From Marsupella aquatica (lineage: Eukaryota > Plantae > Marchantiophyta): a stretch of DNA of 64,000 bases. This document shows, one piece after another, positions 43,201 through 53,236 of the stretch. The stretch's first letter is position 1; each line of letters starts with the position of its first letter. The notes beneath the pieces are model-generated. The model did not search any database, was not told the DNA's origin, and saw nothing but the letters and a program-made list of their open reading frames with translations. Position numbers and translations under genes: made by a program. The stretch is from the NCBI GenBank assembly GCA_973895155.1, contig OZ316894.1, forward strand, positions 26,459,240 to 26,523,239. Direction: 5' to 3'.

Positions 43201-43351
43201 TTTAGTCACCTTATAGCGTGCTCAAGCTTGGGCCATCTATTGTTGATCTCTAGTAGTGGGTGCTAGTGTGCCTCCGCAACGGCTAGTCCCCCTAGAGGAC
43301 ATTCCAATCGCACTTGCCAATTTAGTTTCGACACTTGCTGTGAACCATTAG
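40204..43351 (+). mobile_element. Decayed CRE-clade non-LTR retrotransposon (RT + CCHC + restriction-like endonuclease); 5' part probably continues at ~38520-38718
   Basis: Across stops and frameshifts: LPGDWEQL, LLDLHP, ASGPSG..FEH, KSSLGVRPIAIGEVFLRLVSR, PHQFAVG..GGCE, VDVSNAFNTVSR, GTRQGDPLGG, SDDTHI, GLRVQPVKS, VLGSPVG, LPISQGGFGL, GAGGWL, CTCG..GVHLLWC...HDVVRD, RVDL...LADVVV, KEAKY, FRPLALEIFG. Confidence 0.85.
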
Positions 43352-43482
43352 CTTTTTGCCACATTTACTATGAATGATGAGGACCTCGATCCATTTGCAA
43401 TATTTTTAGTTTCTCTTTCTTGGTTTTTAGGGGTTTTGTGATGCCTTGCCAAGATCACGAAGTAATAATTAAGCCTAAAATA

Positions 43483-46400
43483 ATGGCTAAATAAGGATAT
43501 ATAGAGAGTATAAGGTAACAATAAAGACCGATGCCGATTACTACGTATTCGATGATAAGGGAAAGGATCCAACGGTTGAGATCCGGTGGGATTTGGAGTT
43601 ATGACCTAAATCCATGCTTGATCACAAAGACCCCTAAGTGGCGGCTTCGGAGTGAAGAGACCAATACTCTGCCATTTTGCATTCTCGTGTACACGGTCTT
43701 GACATTGAGGAGCGACTGTCAGTCGAGTGCATGTGGTGGATTGGGAGATTGCACAAGTTCTTGGCATTCGGTGGAATGAACACGGTGAATCAGACAGGGA
43801 AGTTTTGGGGCTGTTTTCTTGAAGAAGCAAGGCAGCTGATATCTACGTATGAAGATGTTGAGCCGGAGCGCGCAGCTAGAGAACAAGCGGAGCTTGCGCG
43901 ATTGTGGGGAATTCACAAAACAGCATTTGTAGATACGGAGGAGGTGTTGGAAAAGTTCTCGTGGACACCCACCAGTGCGGAGCTTGACGAATTGCTGATT
44001 CGGGAGAATAAGGTCGTGGGGATTAGGGCGGCAATCAAGAATGCAGGGCAGCCACTTTGGGAATTGAAGGGTCATACTGCGAAGTGGACTAAGGAAGCTA
44101 TTCTTGGGGAGTATTCAGGTGTTGAAGAGATGAAGCGCAAGGGAAGTTCGGCATCCGCAACTCCAGCAAAGCGAACTAGGTCAGAGAGACCAATCAAGAC
44201 GGAGGCCGAGGCAGTTAGAGATCGGGCTGTAGAGGATAAAACCATGACAGGGTGGGCGGACAGGTTACCTGCCGATTTACAATTACAGTTTGCAAGAGAT
44301 GAGGATGAGGTCTTCAGTGCCGTTCAGGATAATAAATATGCAGGATACATGAATGACACTGGGTTGGAGGGCTTTGTCAGGTTGTCTTGGAGGATGGTAG
44401 ACATACCGGATGAGGATCTGTTGGACTTCGTGGGATGCTGGGAGGCTTCTTCCAACACGACGCTGCTGTATGGAAAGGTGTTCGAACTAACACCTGCGCT
44501 TATCAAAGCCGTCTTCGCTTTACCAAGAGGAAGGAACACTAAGGTGGAGCAGAGGAAGACGTTGCCGGATGACCAGTTCAAGTCATTTCCAGGGCCTTCC
44601 ACTAAGAATGGGTTTTTCAGGAATCAATGTACCAACCCGCATATAGGGCAGCTGATTGATTTTCTGAGGGTCACGTTGCATTGTACCTTGCCGAGAGCGG
44701 AAATCGGCAAAGCCCAGGTATTTTTGGTGGAGAATATTGATTCAAGCCGAGACTACAACGGCTATCTTTTAATGCAGTTGAAGAAGGCATTAAATGAAGA
44801 AAAGCAGAGCATTGGGGAAGGAGTAGTATCCAGACTAGGGTACCATCTGCAATTACTTTGCCGATATGCAAGAAGCCAGTCTTTTGCACCGGTGTTGCCT
44901 ATACAGGAGCGGATGCCGATCACTGCACCACTTGAGGAGGTGGAGGAGGACGAGGAGCCTCTAAGCAAATGACGCCACGGGAAGAGGTTGGCAACACAGG
45001 CAACACAAGAACGGGAGCATGTCCCTATCAAGGAGCCAGAGGTAGTAACCTACGATGTGGTGAGAAATCCGTTGCACCGGCCTACTCGTAATAATCCATA
45101 TGCAACCATCCAATTGGTCGAGAGGAAGATGACTGCCAAAGAGAGAAAGAAATATGACGAGTGAATGGATTTGGAGACAAATGAGGAGGTAAGCCGAAGC
45201 CAGGAGAGGCCGGTATTTAGAGCTTCTAACAGAGCCCAAGTGGAGGGACCTGTGGAGGAAAATCAACCAACAGTAGCCCAACAATATTCGGAGGAAGAGA
45301 TTGTGGGCTTTGAAGAAGAGGCCGACATGCTAGGTAGTCAGGTTAATGTGGATGACTACGACGACGATTATGTCAATCACGGGGAGAGGCCGGTGCCAGG
45401 AGTTAGAATGATGGGAAGGTTTTGTAGAAGACTTCCCGCAGTTTTCTATGGCAAGTCGGAGGACCAGAAAACACCAAAATCTCCTCCACCTAATGTGACG
45501 CCATTAGAATTTGACAAGATGAAGGAAGCTGAAGTCGGGCTACAAGAGTGGATTTTAAGGAATGGGGGGCCCATAATGCAGAATAGGAATGCCAGCTACC
45601 AGGAGGAGAGTGGCCGGAAGAAATAAGATGGCTAAATGAGAAGCAGGCCAAACCTCTCACTGACTTCGATCAGCTGAGGGAGGAGACTTGGGAGAGACGA
45701 CCCCAATGGCAGATGCCAGTATCACCTGGGAGGTCAAACTACGCAAGAAATCAAGCTAAGGAGTATGGAGACATGTGTGGACTCTTAGCCTTAGAAATCT
45801 TCAGCAATGAGTTGGAATCCGGGCCATTTCTTAGAAAAGAAGTGGCTGATCAGATGAGACTGGAGGAGGCAATGACATTGGAGCGATTGAAGAAGGAGGA
45901 AGTGATTGCTCGGCTTTGCGGCATGGAAGCAGAGGTGGCTAAATCAAGGGTGAATCAACAAGCACAGCAGGATCTCTTGGCTAAGCAGCAGGAATTAGAG
46001 ATGGCGAACAACCAATTGGAAAACTACCAATTGGATAACCAGCAGATTAAAGAGAAATTGACAAAGGTGCAGCTGGAGTTAGCCGATGCAAAGGAGGAGG
46101 TACAGCGTCTTAATCGGCAAGTCGATAGGCTTAGGAAGGCGGCTAAAGACCAGACCACTCAGAGCGAGAAGGCCTTGGCCGTAGCCCAAGGGAAGCATGA
46201 AAAGCTACTTGATCGGCTGGATGCCATGCGGGAGAAACATGAGGACGCCCTGAGTATAGCGGCCAATGATCACCTAAGCCGAGCCCAACAAATATGCAAG
46301 GAGCTTCAGGGGGATATAGAGAAGACAAAGAAGGCATGGAAAGAGGAGGTCACGAAGCTGGAAACCATCAATAACTCCTTGAAGGCAGCCGTAGATAAGC

Positions 46401-47125
46401 AAGAGTTGGAGATCGTGCAGATCTTAAATGAGGAGCTGAAGGCGGCCAAGGCTGAGATACTACGGCTTAACGATGAAGTTGAAGACGTATCTTAGGAGTT
46501 GGAGGAGGCCAAGGATAAGATGATTGGGTTGCAAAGGCGTGCCGACAATCAAACAAAGAAATTGAAGAAGTATGTCGAAGCGAGATATGGGTCACCAACT
46601 GAAAGGCTTCTCGTCAGTAGTATGGTAGGCGGAAATATAGTGAAGCTGAAGCCGAAGCCGAGCTCACTATTGTCAAGCGTGACTGGGGGCAAAGCCATGC
46701 AGTTGGTGGCAGATTTGGCAAAGACATTCATGGAGCCGGGCGATAATAAAGTTAAGCCCCTTAAAGCCACTCCGGAGGAAGTCGAGAGCATGGCCGCTCA
46801 CATTTGCGGTACAGTGGCCCTGAAAGTAGTTGTGGTAGAGGTAAGTACTGCGGATCAACTTGGAGCTGCGGTGACAGGTTCAGACGATGGTACTGCTTCT
46901 ATGGATGCCCAAAACGTGAAGCCGTGGGTTATCGAGACCGAGCGCATTGGGGAGCAGGCTTGGATTGAGGAAGTTAAGGCAAAGGCTCTCCAGGCCGTTG
47001 CCGATGAGGATGAAGCTGAGGCCAAACCCGAAGCCGTAGTTAATGTGGCCGAGGGGAGTCAACCGAAGCCGAGTACAGGGGAAGGTGCAGAGTCGGACGG
47101 CTCAGGATTACCACTGGTAATCTGA
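43483..47125 (+). pseudogene. Decayed ~1200-codon intronless ORF: plant-transposon accessory-type N-terminal domain plus long coiled coil
   Basis: ORF pieces 43677-44972, 45165-45626, 45713-46495 and 46499-47125 are separated mostly by TGA/TAA/TAG codons explainable as C->T changes, plus one frameshift near 45630-45713. Segment LLDFVGCW...LYGKVFELTPALIKAVFALP resembles LTR-retrotransposon accessory (Transposase_32/PMD-like) ORFs. Confidence 0.6.
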
Positions 47126-48548
47126 CAATTAAGGCGGGCCAGTCGTCAGTTGGAAGGAGGACATGGTGGAAGGAGAAGGGCTTGGGCCAGGAGAGCGCGG
47201 ACGTTGTAGGATGTGGACAGGGCAAGTAGTGCTCTGACGGCTTGAATAGTTTGATTGTGTTAGAGGTCCGGATCCATCAGGGTTTTCGGCTTAGGCAGAT
47301 TAGTTTCATTTTTGTTAAATAAAAAGGATTATCGCGGTGGCAGGTCGGGATTGCTGGGGTAAGCTTTCCGTGCTTCTTTTAGTCACGCTGCAAGGATAAA
47401 AACCTGGGCAGCGTGGCTGGGAGGGGTTGTTTTCTTAGTCAAGGCTTTAGTGTAAAATCTGTATTGTTGTGAGCACAGGAAGCTCTCGGCTAAATCTAGA
47501 CCGCGGGGTATCAGTAAACCACCAATTCCCTTGGATTTCTGAGCAATTATTTGAATTGAGTTGGCCTCATTGCCTAGTTCACAGATTCTTGCCATCCAAG
47601 AAGTTGAGTGTTGTGATATCTGTTGCTTGATCAATTTAAGTCAGATAGGGTGAACTGTTGAGCAAAGTACAATCGCATTGTCTTGATTGGAGACTGCCCA
47701 ATCAAACTTTGAGAGAAAAGTGAGGATTGAGAGTGTTTAGTCGGTGAAGTGTGGGTTGAGTCCGTCTGAAAAAGACCTTCAGCCGGCTTAAGAAATTAAG
47801 CTGTAGGGGTACATTCTGGGAGCGGAATACAAATATACCTGAAGAAGTTAAAGATGAATTAGGTGTCTCAATTGTGCACAATTCACAAGCCCAGTGAAAG
47901 AATCGGTCCGGCAAGTGTGGATCGAAGGAGAGGATCGCATTTCCAAGCCAAATAGCTGCCATACGGCAAGAGGATGGACATAAACGAGTGGTTTATGATC
48001 GTTTGAGGGTAGTTCTTGGGGTTAGAGGTCTTGGGAAACGCGCCACAGGTTTCCTTTTGCTCACTTCCTTTGGGTTTGGTTTTGTCCACTTGGGGCCTCT
48101 TTTGTTTATTCTTTTGTACTCTGTTTGACCCTTTTTGTAAAAAGTTTGTGTATTTACTTTCTACATTGACATCTTTAACAGAATGACATCTATTTCATGA
48201 GGACATCTTCTATGCAACGCACTGGTGTTGCCGCGCTAATAAATGAGACATGGCAATTTCACAAAAATGTTGTGCAATGCACCAACATTGGGCGATCAAA
48301 CACATGGCTTGACATTAGTATTCCAACATTCATGCATTATGTCTTTGTCAGGAGGATTGCTTTATATTATTTGACTATTTTTGCAACCTACACTCGCACA
48401 CCTAATAACATTGCCACAATCACATGGTGGCAATCCTTGTCTCACCTACATTTCTCTACCTCTGCTCAGCATTTTTGCCTCGGGTCAAAATCTTTCCTCA
48501 TTGTCGGTGTTCAAAGAGGTTCAAAGCCGTCTATCCAGGTCACCATAA

Positions 48549-49453
48549 TCTACGACTATAATACCCTATCCCGCCAAAAAGGTAGGATGGTTCATTTACA
48601 GACCCAATAAAAGTGGCAACCAATCGTGACCCTTCATTAAAACATTTGGTTTTTGACACTACTAGATCTATCCATACACACCTCCATAACCATCAAAAAC
48701 TAAATGCCTGCCCAAGCTGCCCATTAGCTTGCCTGCACCTGCCGAAGATAAAAATTTAATAAAAAATTTAATAAAAAAAATTTATACAAAAAATATATAG
48801 AAAACTTAACACTATTTCTCTCAACATTTAAAACTTGAAAAACTTAGTTTTTTGTGTCACTCTATTATGCTTGGACTCTATGATACGATGGCCGCTATGA
48901 TCTCACATCTCTAATTTTGATGTGCAACACATGGGTTATTGAACACCATCACAACAACTCCAGGCCGGGATCACACATAACATACCTCAACAACTACATG
49001 ATTGCAAAGCTTATTATTTTCTGCCTCACTTTGACATCTTTTATTGCCTTCACATAATTTGCTAATCTTTACATATTTATCTTTCCTCAATAGATTTTCC
49101 TGGCCCTGGTCATTTTCCCCGCATCTTTCTCTTATTTTGTCGTCTTTTTCTCACATTGATATCTTTATCTCACCACAACATTTATTTTTGTCTTTGACAT
49201 CTTTTTTTCTCCTCAAGAACTTTTTTCACCTTCATATCTTTATCTCACCATGACATTTTTCACCTTCGACATCTTTTCCTTATCTGTACATCTTTTTCTC
49301 ACCTTGCCATCTTTTCACTCCTCTATATCTTTTTCTCTACTCGACCTTTTTTTTTCACCTTGACATATATTTCTCTCATTGACATATTTTTGCACCTCAA
49401 CATCTTTGTCCTCACCTTGACATCTTTTGTGCAACGCATAAGCATCGGGCTAC
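48549..49453 (+). mobile_element. Non-autonomous Helitron (same subfamily as 62765-63752)
   Basis: 5' A|TCTACGACTATAATACCCTATCCCGCC; 3' tttgtgcaacgcataagcatcgggCTAC|T; collinear homology with 62765-63752; acatctt minisatellite. Confidence 0.75.
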
Positions 49454-49454
49454 T

Positions 49455-50947
49455 AGTGGTGGACCTCACCACCCAGCGCCCTCACCAATCCCAGCACTCT
49501 CGCCTAAGTGCCCTTGGTGTCCGAACGCCTCCACGAAATACCTTGAGCAAGCACCCAAGTGCCTCTTGCACCACCAGCGGCCCCTCCCATACGAAGCCGC
49601 ACTTGCTCACCTACACGACCGCTACTCAATGATCCTCACTGTCTGCACAAGCAACCAAGCACCTCGGTAAGTAACCCCTCAGGATCTAGAACTCGCCAAG
49701 TCTAGCATCCTAACTCAAGCTCAATAGATGTTGGTAAATAGGTCAACGACAGGTCCTCCCGATGCCATAAGCCAGAACCAGAACCCACGCCCATTGTCCG
49801 TCCAGGAAAGCTCCTTCCTTGGGTGCGGCCCGGGTTCCCCCTCGTACCTATCCATCACCAACTGACCGCCCTGACCTCAGGACATGCTCATGGCCCAAAT
49901 AGCGTAGCTTGTCCTAAAGCTTGTCCCAAGCTTGTCTCAACACGCTGGGACCAGAACGTCCCCGACTCTAACAACCGCTCCCAGTTTGCCCCACTGCTGG
50001 TCTAGGGACCGAGCGCCCTTGGGACTCAGCCTCCAGACCTACTTGGCCTTGCCTCCCCAATGCAAGCTCCCTTGGGAGGTTGAACGCGGCTTGGCTGCTG
50101 TTCGGCAGGATTTGGCAAGCGGACGAGCTAACACCCGCAAACCACGAGAACCCATGGCACCCCCGGACCCATCTGAGCTCAAGAGGGCATAGCCCTCCTC
50201 AAGAGCTTTCCAACACACCCAAGAAGTCCTCCAACGGACTTCCCGTTGGGGAGATATCGCCATTTCCGTTTGGCAGTTTCCCTTAGTGTCGCGACCGCCG
50301 CGGCTCACGACTTCGGCTCGGCCTTAGTCCCCAGGGAGACACCACTCCCCTCATATATGCTTATGGAGACCTGCCACCCCCGGACCAGCTTTGGTCCCTA
50401 AATATTTGGCCCCCAACCCGGATCCCATCGCGCATAATGGGCGCGCCACCAACTGGCAACGCCCATAACTTTCTTGATAGGCATCGCAAGTGGAGTGCCT
50501 TAGTCCATTGTGACCGGGCCAACCCAGTGCTCATGCCTAGGCCCTCAAAGCTGATCGCCGCTCGGGGCCCCCGACCGGCCCAACCCAGAGCGGGCCACAA
50601 CTTGCGCCCCAAGCGTCCGTTGCCAATGGCGTCAACTCCATTAGCCTTGGGTCCAAGAGGAGCTCACTCCCAAGCCCTCAGAACTCAAAGTCCATCCGAC
50701 GGTCTGGACGGTCATCCTTGAGCCCGACCCATTTCCCCTTGACCCGACCAGTCATAGGCTAGTCCAAGTCCTTAGTGTGTGTCCCTAGCTTGGCCCCTTG
50801 CCTCGCCAGTGCCACGTCTCATTGCCCACAAGTCTCCCCATGCTAAGTCCTCCCCGGATGGCCTATCCGAGCGTGGACCATAAGGGAGCTCGGCGTCGGA
50901 GTCAGCGACGCCGGAACTAAGTGTTAAGGTAGTTGAGTTCCACGACT
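49455..50947 (-). mobile_element. AGT...ACT element copy 4; putative solo LTR, inserted exactly at the Helitron 3' terminus
   Basis: Starts AGTGGTGGACCTCACC, ends GAGTTCCACGACT; exact 5-bp TSD CTACT (49450-49454 / 50948-50952). Confidence 0.88.
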
Positions 50948-52264
50948 CTACTCCACATATATTATGGCGGGGCCCTATCACGGTCTAGAGGCTTCACCCT
51001 ACAAGCCTAGACCCCAACTCTAGCTTCTCATTGCGATTAGTTATATAAAATCATCCACGAATCTATTGGATTACTTAACACTGGTAAATAATATCGTTGA
51101 TAATTCTCACTACTAGAGCACTTGATATAACTCAAAATGTCACTGCTTTGTAACACATCAAAAAAGCAAGCAAGGTGGGAGGTGGGGGTTGCCCAAATGA
51201 AAAAGAAAAGGCAAAAACACCCTTCCTTTACTCCCCTCATTCAAAAACTAGGGAACAAATCAAACAACATCAACCCCACAAAAAATCAAAATTCTCTCAG
51301 TCCACAGCTAAAAGTTATAAATAGTTCATGCTTCCTATGAACCAGACTAAAGTACAATCACACAGAGGGTACCAAAGGTATCTTTATATCATATTGTATT
51401 GTATAGCCAACATTTGTACCTCGTACCCTAAAAGCAAGCATGTCGCCTTCGACACCCGGTTGAGTCAATCCATGAGTGTGACAAAACCCTGGAAATCATT
51501 CGAGGCTCAGGTTTGTATTTTCTTTTCATATTTGTAATCAATCCAAGAGTATAAAACACCCTGGATAACATTTGAAGTTGAGTCTTGTACCCTCTTTTCA
51601 AATTTGTACATGAACATGAGGAGAATGTTTGGCGGGATCCCCTAGTATATGAGAACTGTAAGTTAACAAGATTATTCATAAAATCTAGGTTTTTCTTTTC
51701 ATTTGCGAAGGAGCTGGGCATGTCAGGTAGTACAGTGATGTTATATTGGTTTTTTTATTTAACTTTGTGCCCCATGTTCTCAAAAAGCCACTCCACTATT
51801 TGACCAATCATCACAACATGGGTTAATGCGCGGGCGAATAGGGTAATTGGAGGCGTCTTTCTAATGACTATACATGGGTCCACATAATTCATGTACTGGA
51901 GGAGTTGAGGAGGCTAACTGGCTAAGCAACTTGGGCTTTATTACTTAAAAATTAATAAAGTAACAACTGCGAACAAAAGGGGGGCGCGAAAACGCTTTCG
52001 GTAGCGGGAATCAAAGCGTAGGGCGTGACACGTACACCACGATGAGCTGTAAACAGCGCTAGACAGTAATTAGACCGGTAACCAACTGACACTACTGTCA
52101 CAGCGATGACCCGTAAGCAGCGATACCGAAACCAGTAATTAGAGCGGTAATCAGGATTAATGCTGTACATTTAGAGTGTTAATAATGATTAGTGCCGTAA
52201 GAATGAGCTGTACACGGCGATAAGCAGTGATGCGAGAGGTAACAGAGATTACGCTCATAAGGAG

Positions 52265-52273
52265 AAACCCTAA
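52265..52273 (+). promoter_or_regulatory. Telo-box (AAACCCTAA) near the probable TSS of the taxilin gene
   Basis: Exact motif upstream of a GA-rich leader; putative 5'UTR intron 52809-53232. Confidence 0.5.
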
Positions 52274-53236
52274 TCCGGCGAAAGCAATCCACTTCGGGAA
52301 AGTCCGGTGCTTTGCTTTGCTCCTCGTTGTCTATTTTTTGTTCTCACAGACAGAGAAGCTTCGAATTCGAGAGACGAGAGAACGTGAGTTGAAGTTCGAG
52401 CGCGATTTTCGAACAGACAGCAAGGGAGGGAAGAAATGGACGAGGAAACAGTGAAGTTGGGGAGTGGAGGAAGCAATTGAGAGTGAAGTGCATATGACGA
52501 GGACGTGTGAGTAAGAGGAGGAAGGTGGATTTCGAGTGGGACTTGCTGGTCGTCGCAAATGCAATTTAGTCCCATGCCTCTTACAGAAAACGATCGATCC
52601 AGGCTGTTTTGCGTAGATTGGTATCCCGCATTCTTTGGCAATCAACTCAAGCGGAGGTGTACAGTAATTTCTCCACCAAGCTCTGTCGTCTACGCTCTCA
52701 CGGTCGCCGTCATCGTAGCAGTCGTCGTCACAGAGTCGTCGTCTCTAAGTGCGAGTGCGAGTGCGAGTGTGTTTGTCTTCGCAGTGTAGGGGGAGCGAAC
52801 CGGGGTCGGTGAATTTGTAACTGGCGGGACGCGGTTGGCTTATTTTGTTGAAATTCTTTTCGCAAGTATATCATCGTCATTGGAGGAGGAAGGGAGAGTT
52901 GTAAATCTCTGTTAGCTGACATTGTAGCAGCTTACGAGCCTGGGAGCCTGGGAGCCAATGTTAAAAAGATAATTGCGTTCTTGGCATCGTTTTCGGGGCT
53001 GTCAAGCACGGGACCGTGTCACATTGCTGTAATTCTACGTCGAAGTGGGCGGGAACTTGTGTCCTGGGCGTCGAGACTGTGTTGAAGTTCGTTTCGAGAC
53101 GTCTTCGTGCCTGAGCCTGTATCCATTTTCAGAATAAAGTAAGTCAAATTAAAGGAAGCATACCACGCTGGATCCGTTGCCGTGTACGTAACCCCTGTGT
53201 TGAAACTGTGTTTCCATCTGTCCTCTAAGCAGGACT

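Noticed and set aside
38719-50947. Copies 3 and 4 as paired LTRs of one full-length element enclosing RT and the long ORF
   Set aside because: Each copy has its own different TSD (GCTCC vs CTACT), and the enclosed RT is non-LTR type with no gag, RNase H or integrase.
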